This document shows positions 1 through 10,608 of a stretch of 64,000 bases of DNA, one piece after another (the first letter of the stretch is position 1; every line of letters begins with the position of its first letter). The notes beneath the pieces were generated by a model. The model made no database searches. It saw only the letters and a program-made list of their open reading frames with translations, and was not told where the DNA came from. A program made the translations under genes and the position numbers. The DNA comes from a virus, in IMG/VR virus record IMGVR_UViG_3300009130_001466, positions 32,001 to 96,000 of that record. One strand, written 5' to 3'.

Positions 1-74
1 ATAATAATCAAGATTATTTAAAGAAATTTCACTTATGGGGCCTTGAATTATTATTGAAATATCTTCTTTGCTTA

Positions 75-332
75 TCATTTTTTATACTTAAACCACACAC
101 CAAGCATGACTATGGCAGATAATAAACTTAAACCATAATTAATCAACCACCAAAAATCAAACCCGACTCTTAATATTGTATAGGAGATCGCTGATATGTA
201 ACCTACAATAGAAAGCACAAAGAGAGAAATGCTTACATCTTCTACTTTTTTTGTTCTTATACTTTTAATTATCTGTGGCCAGATGCACGTACTAAAACAA
301 ACTGTATAAACTAATCCTAAGAATTGTTCCAT
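75..332 (-). CDS. PQ-loop / SemiSWEET-like small membrane protein
   Basis: 85 aa, three hydrophobic helices, WPQIIKSIRTKKVEDVS PQ-loop motif. Confidence 0.75.
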   Translation of the reverse strand: MEQFLGLVYTVCFSTCIWPQIIKSIRTKKVEDVSISLFVLSIVGYISAISYTILRVGFDFWWLINYGLSLLSAIVMLGVWFKYKK

Positions 333-338
333 AAAGAT

Positions 339-530
339 CTATCTTAATAAATCTCTATGTGTTTTCCAGTCTGATCGGTGTTTTCTAACCCAAATCATTA
401 GCGCTCTGTCAAAACCTATATCTTGACCAGCTTTTTCTGACTCAATCCATTTGAGTTTGAGTATTTCTTCTCTCTCTGCCAAAAACTCTTGGTATAGTGT
501 AGAACCAGTGGCAAAGTGATCGTTCATCAA
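339..530 (-). CDS. DUF4032-like small protein
   Basis: LYQEFLAEREEILKLKWIESEKAGQDIGFDRALMIW resembles DUF4032 proteins (recalled). Confidence 0.65.
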   Translation of the reverse strand: MMNDHFATGSTLYQEFLAEREEILKLKWIESEKAGQDIGFDRALMIWVRKHRSDWKTHRDLLR

Positions 531-1417
531 TAATCTCCCTGAATTGTTTCTGCTTTAGAAAGTTCTGGATTAATTTCAAGAAGGGCGGCGTCTGACTCAA
601 GCTCTTCTGAGCCTTCTACTTTTTTGCCCGCTCTCCACTGTTTGCAGGACCAGTATCGCGCTTTATATTTTGGGCCTGGGTTTGTATCACATTGGTGGCG
701 AGCTCTGAATGATTTGCGACGCTCTGGATCATCTCTTTTTATCTCCATATTTGGATCGCCAAAAGTAACTTTTACTACATTGCCTTTATCGTTTTTTACA
801 TAAACGCCAAATTTCTTTTTAGATCCCTTGGGAAGTCTAAATGGTTTATTTAGAGTTTTCTTTTCTGCTTCTGTTTCACATTCCCAATCTTCCGATTCTG
901 AATATTCTAATATTTCTGTATCTGAGATTTTAGAAGCCAATAAATCTATTTTAGCTAGAGCTAGTTCTACTTTTGAATAATCATCAAATCCCGATTCGAT
1001 TGTAAGGTTTGAGATATCTTCTTCTGAAGCTTTAGCAACATCTTGATCGGCTTTGCGGTAGGAATCCTTAACTTTGCCCCCGCGCATCATTTTTAAAAAC
1101 ATATTTACACGAGCCATTGCCCAGCTACCTCTAGTTTGGCCAGGTCTGTGTGATGTAGAAAATGCTCCAGCTCCTCTACGGTAAATCTTCTTAAGCATAC
1201 CAAGGGTTACTTTCTTATTAGATTTTTCATTGTGCTCTTTGACTTTGTTCTTTAGTGAGGTTGTGACCTTTTCACTGAAAGTTATTGCCCCAGCAGCAGA
1301 GCCTGGTTCGTTTACAGAGGAACCCTTTTTATTTTCTTCTGGTTTTGCTGGTGTTTGTGCGGCGCTTTTGGGGCCTGGCCTGCCAGCTTTAAGCTTTTCT
1401 GAAAAATCTAATTCCAT
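527..1417 (-). CDS. Conserved basic viral hypothetical protein (two-domain)
   Basis: 296 aa; RRGAGAF..SWAMARV and FGDPNM..RRKSFRARH..ARYWSC motifs seen in aquatic viruses; AGTGTAA upstream. Confidence 0.7.
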   Translation of the reverse strand: MELDFSEKLKAGRPGPKSAAQTPAKPEENKKGSSVNEPGSAAGAITFSEKVTTSLKNKVKEHNEKSNKKVTLGMLKKIYRRGAGAFSTSHRPGQTRGSWAMARVNMFLKMMRGGKVKDSYRKADQDVAKASEEDISNLTIESGFDDYSKVELALAKIDLLASKISDTEILEYSESEDWECETEAEKKTLNKPFRLPKGSKKKFGVYVKNDKGNVVKVTFGDPNMEIKRDDPERRKSFRARHQCDTNPGPKYKARYWSCKQWRAGKKVEGSEELESDAALLEINPELSKAETIQGDY

Positions 1418-1447
1418 ATATATATGTTACACTTTTTTTAAAAAAAA

Positions 1448-1732
1448 TCAACCCCAAAAATTATATGCCAAAATACCAGCGGCGGCTGTTAGTAATCCGC
1501 TGACAAAAACCCACGTCAATTTATTAAAGCCGTTTACAAAAGCTCTTGTTTCTGCTGTGATTTTTTCCATTTCAATCATTCTGTTGTTCATGTCTTCTAT
1601 TTTCTTGAACAGAACGTCGGTTAAAGTCCCAAGTTGAATTAATTTTTCTTCAGCTCTGGCAATAGAAATAACCGCATCTGAAAGTTTGTCAACTTTTTGC
1701 TCTATTCTTAGTAGTCTATCCTCTTCTGGCAT
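1448..1732 (-). CDS. Coiled-coil protein with C-terminal TM helix (holin/hemolysin XhlA-like)
   Basis: N-terminal coiled coil plus hydrophobic C-terminus; AGTGTAA 8 nt upstream. Confidence 0.55.
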   Translation of the reverse strand: MPEEDRLLRIEQKVDKLSDAVISIARAEEKLIQLGTLTDVLFKKIEDMNNRMIEMEKITAETRAFVNGFNKLTWVFVSGLLTAAAGILAYNFWG

Positions 1733-1740
1733 GGTTTTGT

Positions 1741-1986
1741 TTACACTAAATCTCCAAATCTTTCTTGAGGAAATAAAATTTCTCTTTGTTCTTTTTTGTC
1801 TATATTATAGAACTCACACGCTTCAGATAAGGTATCAAAATATCTCCACCCATCAACTGGATAAGTGTATGTTTCCTTTAGGCTGATATCTAAAGTATAA
1901 TCTTTATGTTCTAAATGAGTGGCAAAAATCGTTACTGATCTTTTCGCTCCTACTTCCAGTTTATAAAATCCGTTTTCTTCTTCCAT
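1741..1986 (-). CDS. Hypothetical protein (possible fibre chaperone)
   Basis: YTYPVDGWRYF motif, directly after fibre-type genes. Confidence 0.55.
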   Translation of the reverse strand: MEEENGFYKLEVGAKRSVTIFATHLEHKDYTLDISLKETYTYPVDGWRYFDTLSEACEFYNIDKKEQREILFPQERFGDLV

Positions 1987-1987
1987 A

Positions 1988-3754
1988 TTACAAGTTTAGT
2001 GTCCAACCTTTATTTGTTGCTATAAGTTTATCAGCAGCTGTTAAATCCGCTGTAAAAGAATTATTTCTCAAATCTAGTGTTGCTGAATGAGTAATTGTAA
2101 CTAAGTGGTTAAAAATTTCAAGTATAGCATCTCTATTTAAGGGACAATATCGTAATGACACACTATACTTAAATCCAGTTTCATCAGTTGCTGCTCCAGG
2201 AAATTTAATATAGTTTATGTTTCTAGCGAGGCCGAACGTGTTGCTGTAATCCCCAGAATCATTTGCATACGAGAAATCAATGCCCTCAATGTATTGTAAG
2301 GAGGCAGCGTTATAAAAACATTGATAATATTCTCCATCACTTGGTCCAGCGTTCATTCCTACAAGTTTTACTGATGTTAAAGATTCGGACCCGAAAAATG
2401 TTCTATATAGTGAGCCAGTGTTGGTCAAATTATTGACATGTATCGGTGGAAGCTCTTTTAACGCTGCCATACCATTAAAAGAATCCCGCATATCAGTACA
2501 GTTCGTAAAATCCAAATGTGTATATTGCGAATCAAACCTTTCAATCTGGGTTGCCCCTTGAAACATATTTGACGCATTACTAGCCCGTGTAAATTGCCCT
2601 AAATAAGGAAATACTTTCAATGAATCGAAATTATAAAACACCTGACTCATATCAAAATTGCTGGTTCGTTCAATAGCGTCAAGCCCTCCTTGCTCTGTTA
2701 AAACTGAAAAATCATAACATTCTCTTAGATTACCAAACGTTCTATCAATTCCTTGACCATCCATTTTGCTAAGATCTACACCTTGCGGTATTGCTCTTAA
2801 ATCTAAGGCATTATAAAACATGTAATCAAGGCGAACACTGCCTGTATTCCGTACTCCAACGTATGGTATATATTTTATATTTCGACAATCAGCAAAAGTA
2901 AGATAGAAGGAGCTACAAGATGTAAGCATTCCGCTTCCAAACAAACCTTCTGGCATGTACCTAAGCGCATAGCAATAACGAAAAGTCTCTTGCATATTAC
3001 TTGGATTTTTAAACCAGTATCTATCATTGCTAGCAAAATCATCTGGTAAATATGTTAAGGAGTTGCAATCATAAAACGTCCTTACGTAAGATTCAGATCC
3101 AGCATTTCGAATATAAGGCACAAAAGGTATTGATCTTAAAGAACGACAGCCACAATAAAGTCTTTCTGGTTGCGTTAACCTATTACTTGAAGTGTTTCTG
3201 ATTTCAATTTGCTCGACCATTCTCATTGGACGACTATAATTAATCGTATGAGTCGTAGCATTCGAACTACTTACAAATAAATCTAAAATATTTGGACCAG
3301 CCCTATACGCCAAAGTAGCATTGGTGATGTACGGACCGTCTATATCAAAATTAATCTGTCCAAGACTACCTCCAAAAACCACTCCATCACCTAAAGTAAC
3401 TTCGAACACTGCTTGTCTGTATCCTCTGAATTCTGTACTAGCTGGCAAATCGTCATAATCATATATGTGAGTAACAGTAACATTAGAACCAACAGTTTCA
3501 ACATTACCATCACCCCAATCTACGGTGTATGGAGAACTATCATCAGTATCTAAATTGAAAGTTACATAATTTTGTGCAGCTCTTTCATTAGGAAATACCG
3601 CGACCAAGCCAATAATCTTTTCTGGCACGCCGTCTGGCACATTTAAATCAAGCCATTCGGTAGGTCGAGACCATTGATCATTTACATCGTATTTTGCATC
3701 GGCTGGCAAAAGATTTGGAACGTTGCCTGGAGATAAACTAGGTAAAAAACTCAT
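1988..3754 (-). CDS. Virion/receptor-binding protein with BspA/DUF285-like leucine-rich repeats
   Basis: VDWGDG motif, repeated F..C..L..IP / MF..A units. Confidence 0.65.
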   Translation of the reverse strand: MSFLPSLSPGNVPNLLPADAKYDVNDQWSRPTEWLDLNVPDGVPEKIIGLVAVFPNERAAQNYVTFNLDTDDSSPYTVDWGDGNVETVGSNVTVTHIYDYDDLPASTEFRGYRQAVFEVTLGDGVVFGGSLGQINFDIDGPYITNATLAYRAGPNILDLFVSSSNATTHTINYSRPMRMVEQIEIRNTSSNRLTQPERLYCGCRSLRSIPFVPYIRNAGSESYVRTFYDCNSLTYLPDDFASNDRYWFKNPSNMQETFRYCYALRYMPEGLFGSGMLTSCSSFYLTFADCRNIKYIPYVGVRNTGSVRLDYMFYNALDLRAIPQGVDLSKMDGQGIDRTFGNLRECYDFSVLTEQGGLDAIERTSNFDMSQVFYNFDSLKVFPYLGQFTRASNASNMFQGATQIERFDSQYTHLDFTNCTDMRDSFNGMAALKELPPIHVNNLTNTGSLYRTFFGSESLTSVKLVGMNAGPSDGEYYQCFYNAASLQYIEGIDFSYANDSGDYSNTFGLARNINYIKFPGAATDETGFKYSVSLRYCPLNRDAILEIFNHLVTITHSATLDLRNNSFTADLTAADKLIATNKGWTLNL

Positions 3755-5679
3755 ACTACGTTACCTCCTAAAAATGCGTATTCTGGTGATTTGAAAATGA
3801 CTTGGGCTTGGCCATAAATACCAGCTATTTGATTTGCGGAATTAAAAGAGTTGAAGCCAGATATCCCAGCCCCAGTTGCAAAAACAACACTGTTGGATGT
3901 TTCAGCAATAAATGTTGTTGTATGTCCAGAAACTTGAGCTGGTATAGTTACTGTCATTGGGGCTGAATTTTGAAGAAGTACTGTGGCTCCTCTATGTGTA
4001 GACCCCATGGTAAAACTACCAGTCTCTGTAACAAATGAATTTTCTGATAGAGATATTTTGCCGAAGGATTTAGTGCCACTTATTGTTTGGTCTCCAGTTG
4101 TGTAGACGACATTTTCAACTGTTCCGCCGCCTCCGCCTCCGCCTTCGCCTATTAAAAGAACACCAGTTCCATTTACTGTTGGGCGACTACTAAATGATGA
4201 ATCACCAGATACCGAAAGATCTTGATTTATTGTAAAGTTGTAATTAGCATCAACGTTTCCGTTATTTCTAATACTGACTGCTTCTATTGATGCGCAATAC
4301 AGTCCAAGGTCAGAGTTTCGTGTTGAACCTTGTTCCATTCCCTTTGTACTGCCTCGCTGTCCTCTGATACCAACACTATAACCAGCTCTTAAGTGACCTG
4401 AATCTAAATATAAGTCATTTGCCCCAAATCTAAATTGTGTGTTATTATTTTTGTTTTTAATAACACCGTTTTCTTGGAGCATTAAATCACCGCTAACTTC
4501 TAACTTTTCAGTAGGTGATGATGTACCTATACCAACATTGCCATTTCCATCAAATCTAACTTTTTCAGAAACTGTACCATTATTAGTGGTAAAAAAAGAT
4601 AAGCCATAATCATTAGAGCCTTCGCCTTCATGTCTAATTATAGTTCTTTTGGATAAACTTCCATCTGTAACCATTTCAAGACCTGGGCCTGCATTATCAT
4701 TTGTCCCTATCAAAGAAACTCTTGCACCAAATTGAACACCGTTGTCATGAAGTTTTATAGATCGATCGTAAGAATATGCAGGTGTTGATCCAATTTGAAG
4801 ATTACCTCCAGACAAGATTGCACCGCCAGAAACATGAAGTGGGGCTTGTGGTGATGATGTACCTATGCCAATATTGCCAGAAGTTGTAAGATTATTAACT
4901 ACCGCATCTTCTCCAGAAACCAAAAATAATCCAGTCTCAGAGTTTTGAACATAAGAAGATAGATCGACGCCAGTGATGAAGCCGCTTGGGTTAGAAGAAA
5001 CGTAAAACGCTCCCGTTTCGGAGTCTTGAACGTAGCTAGATAGATCGACGCCAGTAATATAACCACTTGGGTTAGAGGCGGCATAAAATTGTCCAGTTTG
5101 AGACTCAGATATAAAAGAACCCGTTTCTGATTTTAACGCAAAAGATCCAGTACTATTTACTATTTCTGTTATCTCTGAATCGTTTGATGAAATTTGGCCC
5201 TGCAAATATCCGCTTACGCCAGTTACAAATTCTTCGGTTGTGTAGGCGGATAAATCTACTCCAGTTATGTAGCCGCTTGGATTTGAAGACGCATAAAATG
5301 CGCCAGTTTCAGATTTTTCTACGTAATCTGACAGGTCTACTCCAGTTATGTAGCCACTGGGGTTTGATTTTGGATAAAATGAATTAGTGGCTAATGTATT
5401 GTAATCGCCAGTTGCAGTGATTATTTTTGAATTTATCTGATTTTCAGTTAAGAAGTCAGATATTTCAGGGGGTCTAACAACGTCTCCCGTGGCATAATTA
5501 CTATAATTGCCCGTTATTGTTATTGGGTCGCCAGAGCTTACTATAACTGTAGCTGAATCGCCGCTAAAAGCTGTAACATCAATAAATTGATCACCAGATA
5601 TAGAAATTAACCCAGTTTGAGGTTGGGTTAAAATAATTGACGTAGAATCTTCTCCAGAAACTGTTGCAGATATGCTCAT
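3751..5679 (-). CDS. Tail fibre protein
   Basis: 4x FYxxSNPSG(Y/F)ITGVDLS repeats, GN(I/V)GIGTSSP x2, GDQTISGTKSF. Confidence 0.75.
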   Translation of the reverse strand: MSISATVSGEDSTSIILTQPQTGLISISGDQFIDVTAFSGDSATVIVSSGDPITITGNYSNYATGDVVRPPEISDFLTENQINSKIITATGDYNTLATNSFYPKSNPSGYITGVDLSDYVEKSETGAFYASSNPSGYITGVDLSAYTTEEFVTGVSGYLQGQISSNDSEITEIVNSTGSFALKSETGSFISESQTGQFYAASNPSGYITGVDLSSYVQDSETGAFYVSSNPSGFITGVDLSSYVQNSETGLFLVSGEDAVVNNLTTSGNIGIGTSSPQAPLHVSGGAILSGGNLQIGSTPAYSYDRSIKLHDNGVQFGARVSLIGTNDNAGPGLEMVTDGSLSKRTIIRHEGEGSNDYGLSFFTTNNGTVSEKVRFDGNGNVGIGTSSPTEKLEVSGDLMLQENGVIKNKNNNTQFRFGANDLYLDSGHLRAGYSVGIRGQRGSTKGMEQGSTRNSDLGLYCASIEAVSIRNNGNVDANYNFTINQDLSVSGDSSFSSRPTVNGTGVLLIGEGGGGGGGTVENVVYTTGDQTISGTKSFGKISLSENSFVTETGSFTMGSTHRGATVLLQNSAPMTVTIPAQVSGHTTTFIAETSNSVVFATGAGISGFNSFNSANQIAGIYGQAQVIFKSPEYAFLGGNVV

Positions 5680-6014
5680 GCTGTTTCATTTTCGACGATA
5701 GTGACGGAGCCTTTTAACAATTTTTCTGAAGTGCCATCGTTTTTATCAATAAATAAATCGTAAGAACTTGGGGCTGTAGAAAGATTAGATGTTTGTGTTT
5801 TAGATAAAGATAATGTAGCTATACCATCTGTAGCTATACCAACAACCGTTGTCGTAAAATCTTCCTGCAAGGAATTTGAAGAATCAATTCTAATTTGAGA
5901 GTGAAGAGAAGCGTTTGAAAGATCATACGCACTTCCATCTGCATTTTTAATAGTTAGGGTAATTGAAAATGTCGCTCTTTTTTCGATTGTGATGTTATAT
6001 GTACCTGCAGCCAT
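5676..6014 (-). CDS. Baseplate/fibre-associated Ig-like protein
   Basis: YNITIEKRATF..YDL..KLLKGSVTI pattern typical of phage tail accessory proteins. Confidence 0.55.
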   Translation of the reverse strand: MAAGTYNITIEKRATFSITLTIKNADGSAYDLSNASLHSQIRIDSSNSLQEDFTTTVVGIATDGIATLSLSKTQTSNLSTAPSSYDLFIDKNDGTSEKLLKGSVTIVENETA

Positions 6015-6032
6015 ATAGCAATTTACACTTTT

Positions 6033-6770
6033 TTATAGCAGCATTCCTTCAAAAACACAGTGGACATGCATATTATTAGATGTAGAAGATACCACTTGAA
6101 ACATTACATCGCTGCCTCCAGGGATTGGAAGCGGCATATCTAATCCAATTACGCTTGGGGAAAAATTTGATAGGGCTACAATTTCTTGTGTTCTAAAAAC
6201 TGAATCTTTTAGCCTAACGATTAACTTTATTGTTAGATTGGCGTTTGTGTTTGCTGTTTTTGCGTCGCAAGAAAGATGGTAGGAAGATAAGTTGAATTGC
6301 TTATCAATGGGGACGGTGTAAATGGCTTGCATTGTTTGGTTGTGGCCATTTTCAATAATTCCCTTTACATTGCTTGCTACATCTGGAGTCCCGTCTGTAT
6401 TCGCTCCGCCTGTATATACAAAAATATTCCCAGCTATATCATTAGTATCGTCGTTAAAGACCCTGTTAATTCTTGACCATTTTCCGTCTAAAGTTATGCG
6501 GGTTTGACCCTGCATAACCACGGTCTCCTCCTTTTCTTTAAAATCTTCATCTAGTCCTTGAATTTTGATTGGGATAGTATCTAGTGCATTATTGCTAGAA
6601 ATATACATTGTTTCTCCAAGATTATTGGGAAAAACATAATCCCCAGAAACATCTGCATAACTCCAGATAGCTTCGTTTGAAGTGTTAGAATCTACATCAT
6701 CATGCGTACCAAATTTTCTAACAAATTTGCCAGTTTTTCTTTGTATATCTGCTAGGTGAAATGAAGACAT
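6033..6770 (-). CDS. Hypothetical virion protein
   Basis: 245-aa ORF with AGTGTAA 8 nt upstream. Confidence 0.6.
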   Translation of the reverse strand: MSSFHLADIQRKTGKFVRKFGTHDDVDSNTSNEAIWSYADVSGDYVFPNNLGETMYISSNNALDTIPIKIQGLDEDFKEKEETVVMQGQTRITLDGKWSRINRVFNDDTNDIAGNIFVYTGGANTDGTPDVASNVKGIIENGHNQTMQAIYTVPIDKQFNLSSYHLSCDAKTANTNANLTIKLIVRLKDSVFRTQEIVALSNFSPSVIGLDMPLPIPGGSDVMFQVVSSTSNNMHVHCVFEGMLL

Positions 6771-6784
6771 GTATTACTTTACAC

Positions 6785-8428
6785 TTAACCAGAGCAGGAT
6801 TGGCATTCTAATATATTTCTGCTTAATTCTTGGGCTGGATTTGCGCTTCTTTGATAATAAAGTGTTTTAACTCCAAGTTCCCAGGCTTCGATTAGTAATT
6901 CACTAACCTGTTTAGGTTTTACTTCTGGTGGAATCATTACATTTAATGATTGAGCTTGGTCAATGTATTTTTGGCGACTGGCTGCTTGAATAATAATATC
7001 TTTTTGAGATATTTCTCCGAATGTTTTAAATACAGCTTTTTCTTCGTTAGTTAAAAATTCTAAATGTTGTACTGATCCACCTTTAATCAAGATTGATTTC
7101 CAAATGGCGCTTGTATTTTTTTTATGTTTTTCTAATAACTGAGTTAAGTAAGGATTTTTGTAAGTAAAATTCCCTTTTGCGAGTTTTTTTACAAAATAAT
7201 TACTATTAAGAGGCTCAATAGAAGGAGAAACTTGACCTAAAATAAATGAAGATGAAGTTGTTGGAGCGACCGCAAGTGTTGTAACATTACGGCGGCCATA
7301 ACCTTTTAAGAGTTCTGGTTCACCCAGTAGCTCGGCCAATTGTTGTGTAGCTGAGTCTGCTCTTTCTCGAATAATTGACCAAATCTTATTGTTTTCTATT
7401 TGGGCCTGCAAACCCTCAAAGCCGATGTTTTTAGATTGTAGGTATGAGTGCCAGCCAAGCGCGCCCATTCCAAGGGCTCTTTGGTTTTTTGCAAACTTAT
7501 GAGGAGCTTCCATAAATTTGATGTTTTTTGTTTTTTGAACAAATTCTTCATTAACTGCATCAAGAAAATAAACTAATGTTTGAACTGCGTCAGTTTTTTC
7601 TATTTTGTCCCATTCTACTAAATTCAAAGACGACAAGACACAAACAAAAGATTCTTCCTCATTTGATTGTAGAGTAATTTCACTGCAAAGATTTGAAGAA
7701 TTTATTTTGTAATTTTTATCCTTATAAACTTGTGGTGCTTCGTTGTTTACGGTATCGCTGTACATAATATATGGATACCCAGTTTCAAAACGTTTTTTAA
7801 TTATTTTGCCCCAAATTTTACGTTTTTCTTTGTCTCCTTCAATTAACGATTTCATCCATTCATCGGTAATTGTTATACCAATACTCATATTTTGAATAGG
7901 GTGACCGTCCTCGCGAATCTGAAGAAATTCTTCAATGTCTGAATGCTCAACTGGTAAGTAGGCCGCAAAGCTCCCGCGACGAGCAGATCCTTGAGAAACT
8001 ACGTCAGCGACCTTGTCATAAAGTTCCATAAAGTGAACGGGGCCAGAAGACTGGCCACCAACACTAATATCAGCTCCTCTCGATCGAAGATCTCCAAAAA
8101 ACCCAGATGTTCCTCCTCCCATTTTAGACATGATTCCAACCTCTGCATTTTTTTCAAGGATTGACTCCATTGTGTCAGATACATGGGAATTAAAACAGCT
8201 AACTGGTAGGCCACGACTGTTTCCAAAATTAGTCCACACTGGAGTAGAAAGCGAATAAAAACCTTCGCTCATATATTTTTGGAATTTTTCAGAAAAGCCC
8301 TTAATGCCTAATATTTTTTCTGCATTATTGGCGATTTCAGCGATTCTATCTTCCGCATTTTGACCTTCTTTTAAGTAGCCTCTTGACAAAAAGAGGCGAG
8401 AATCTTCGTTTAACCATTTATAACTCAT
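6785..8428 (-). CDS. nrdA: Ribonucleotide reductase class I alpha subunit (no ATP cone)
   Basis: LPVSCF, GGGTSG, SNLCSEI, APTTSSS, GVKTLYY, C-terminal CQSC. Confidence 0.95.
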   Translation of the reverse strand: MSYKWLNEDSRLFLSRGYLKEGQNAEDRIAEIANNAEKILGIKGFSEKFQKYMSEGFYSLSTPVWTNFGNSRGLPVSCFNSHVSDTMESILEKNAEVGIMSKMGGGTSGFFGDLRSRGADISVGGQSSGPVHFMELYDKVADVVSQGSARRGSFAAYLPVEHSDIEEFLQIREDGHPIQNMSIGITITDEWMKSLIEGDKEKRKIWGKIIKKRFETGYPYIMYSDTVNNEAPQVYKDKNYKINSSNLCSEITLQSNEEESFVCVLSSLNLVEWDKIEKTDAVQTLVYFLDAVNEEFVQKTKNIKFMEAPHKFAKNQRALGMGALGWHSYLQSKNIGFEGLQAQIENNKIWSIIRERADSATQQLAELLGEPELLKGYGRRNVTTLAVAPTTSSSFILGQVSPSIEPLNSNYFVKKLAKGNFTYKNPYLTQLLEKHKKNTSAIWKSILIKGGSVQHLEFLTNEEKAVFKTFGEISQKDIIIQAASRQKYIDQAQSLNVMIPPEVKPKQVSELLIEAWELGVKTLYYQRSANPAQELSRNILECQSCSG

Positions 8429-8507
8429 TTTTATTTATAATCTTTGTGGATTTACCATACTAACAGGCACGGTTTAAATTGCAATCTTTTTTACAAAATG
8501 TTTGTAA

Positions 8508-9476
8508 TTAAAACAGATCGTCTTCATCGAAAGACTTGTTTGCTTTACTGTACTCTGTTGGGCGGGAATGAAAAAAGTCAGTAGACGAATTTCCTAATAC
8601 CTCCTCATCAAACCAAAGGGTTTTTTCCACCATTGCTTCTTCTACTTCAAAGATTTTCTTATACCCTATTTGTTGTAGGGATTCATTTATTCGGTTTTTT
8701 ACAAATTCTTTTAAAAGGGGAGCGTTAAGGTTTTCGTCTTCGATTCCATTGATCATCCAATCAATAATTTGGGATTCTGATTTAAAAGCCTCTTCAGCTT
8801 CATGTAATATTTTTTCCTCTAAATCTTTATCGAAAAGATCTGGGTATTCCTGACGTAAAACGTTAACGAGTTTAATGCCTACTTTTGCATGAATATCTTC
8901 TTCTTTTGCGGTGTAAGCGGTTTGTTGATTTGTGTCTTTCAATAAGTTCTTCTTGCCAAACCAGTTAACTACATAAAATTGAGAAAATAGAGATACGTTT
9001 TCTACAAAAAGAGTAAACAAAATCAAAGCGTAGATGAATTGTTTTTTGCTGTCTTTATAGTATCTATGTGTGTATTTTCTTAGATAGTTTACCCGACCTT
9101 CAATCCAATCAAGTTTTAAATTGTCTTCAAATACGTGCTGTAAACCAAGCACATCAATTAGTCGTTCGTAGGCTTTATTGTGAATAACTTCGATATTGGC
9201 CATAACATACCCCATGTCTCGAATAGATGGGTGCGGAAGGTTGTCTCCTAGTTTTGCCCAAAAAGTTTTAACAGCAATTTCAATCTGACCAATAGCAGAA
9301 AGTGTTCTAATAATGATCTCTCTTTCTTGCTCTGATAAGTTTACCTTATAGTCTTGGATGTCAGAGGAAAAATTGAACTCTTTATCTGTCCAATGCCCCT
9401 CCCACATAGCTCTAGCAAAAGTATCCGCCCACGGATACAGATCAGGTTTTCTTGAAATTTGTTCTTCGAATAACAT
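8508..9476 (-). CDS. nrdB: Ribonucleotide reductase beta subunit
   Basis: EVIHNKAY, ENVSLFSQF, EEDIH di-metal motifs; start moved to ATG 9476. Confidence 0.93.
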   Translation of the reverse strand: MLFEEQISRKPDLYPWADTFARAMWEGHWTDKEFNFSSDIQDYKVNLSEQEREIIIRTLSAIGQIEIAVKTFWAKLGDNLPHPSIRDMGYVMANIEVIHNKAYERLIDVLGLQHVFEDNLKLDWIEGRVNYLRKYTHRYYKDSKKQFIYALILFTLFVENVSLFSQFYVVNWFGKKNLLKDTNQQTAYTAKEEDIHAKVGIKLVNVLRQEYPDLFDKDLEEKILHEAEEAFKSESQIIDWMINGIEDENLNAPLLKEFVKNRINESLQQIGYKKIFEVEEAMVEKTLWFDEEVLGNSSTDFFHSRPTEYSKANKSFDEDDLF

Positions 9477-9733
9477 ACTCACCAATTTACACCAACCCAA
9501 ACTAAAGTCAACTATTTTTAACTAAATCGAAAAAAAAGATTTTTGCACTTGACTTTTTGTGTATTCGATGTAAAATAGAGTATGATTACGAATGAGCGGA
9601 CGAAGGACGCGAATGAGTAATTATATAATAAATATATTAAATATTTATAAGATACTTAATAAATATATATAAGAAATAAGACAAAATTTTTTTGTCTTGA
9701 CTTTTATTCATTTTTGAACAATAATGTTTGTAA

Positions 9734-10021
9734 ATGATTAAATTAGACACTTCCAAAGAGAGTTTTTATTTTTGCACAACAGCTGGTTGGTCAACTATTG
9801 TTCAGGCTGAAGACGAAAATAAAGCGGCAGGTAAAGCCATTTCCGAAGGAATTAACTTGCTTAAAGAAGAAGCAGAAGTTTCTCCATGTATTAGGGTTAA
9901 AAAAATTAAAGAAAAATTTGAAGATTCAGATGTTCTGATTAGAATAGATGGTGTATTCGCGGACATTGGGATGCATAAAGAATCTCGGTCAATGGTAGAA
10001 ATAATTAAAAATTTAAGATAA
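9734..10021 (+). CDS. Hypothetical protein
   Basis: 95-aa ORF after a TTGACT...AATAAT promoter-like sequence. Confidence 0.65.
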   Translation: MIKLDTSKESFYFCTTAGWSTIVQAEDENKAAGKAISEGINLLKEEAEVSPCIRVKKIKEKFEDSDVLIRIDGVFADIGMHKESRSMVEIIKNLR

Positions 10022-10608
10022 TGATAGGAATAGCAGGATTAGCCAGATCAGGTAAAGATACATTAGCGAAAAATCTATCCGAGATTATAAAAGAAGATCT
10101 TGGTATTGAGGTTAAGTTATATTCTTTTGCTTTGCCTATAAGATGTCAGGTGGGTAATTTGCTAGAAGATTATTACCATATATCACCATTCACAGAAGAT
10201 AGTGACGAAAAGCTTATAATTAGGCCACTATTAGTTGCTCACGGAGAGCAAATGAAGAAACAATGGGGTGAAGATTTTTGGCTAAAAGAACTGATGACTC
10301 AGATCGAAGAGGATAGATGTGGGGATAAAAAAATATTTCCCATCATTTCTGATGTTAGATTTGTTCCTGAAGCGGAAACAGTGAAAGCTAAAAATGGTCA
10401 AGTCGTCCATATATCCAAAATAGGAAACGCGCCTCCAAATGAAATTGAAGCAGAAAATGACCCATTGGTTCGCCAATGCTCTGACTTACAACACTCTTGG
10501 CCAGCTTACGACTTAGAAGAAATTCATCAATGCAAATATCACGCACAAATCTTGTGGCAAATGCTAAAACAAACCCAAGGAGATGAATGGAAGAAGATTT
10601 ACTGTTAA
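10021..10608 (+). CDS. Deoxynucleoside monophosphate kinase
   Basis: IGIAGLARSGKDT P-loop, FALPI, IISDVRF. Confidence 0.85.
   Translation: MIGIAGLARSGKDTLAKNLSEIIKEDLGIEVKLYSFALPIRCQVGNLLEDYYHISPFTEDSDEKLIIRPLLVAHGEQMKKQWGEDFWLKELMTQIEEDRCGDKKIFPIISDVRFVPEAETVKAKNGQVVHISKIGNAPPNEIEAENDPLVRQCSDLQHSWPAYDLEEIHQCKYHAQILWQMLKQTQGDEWKKIYC

Noticed and set aside
9580-9680. AT-rich divergent intergenic region as replication origin
   Set aside because: Only two short CGAATGAG copies and promoter-like boxes; insufficient support.
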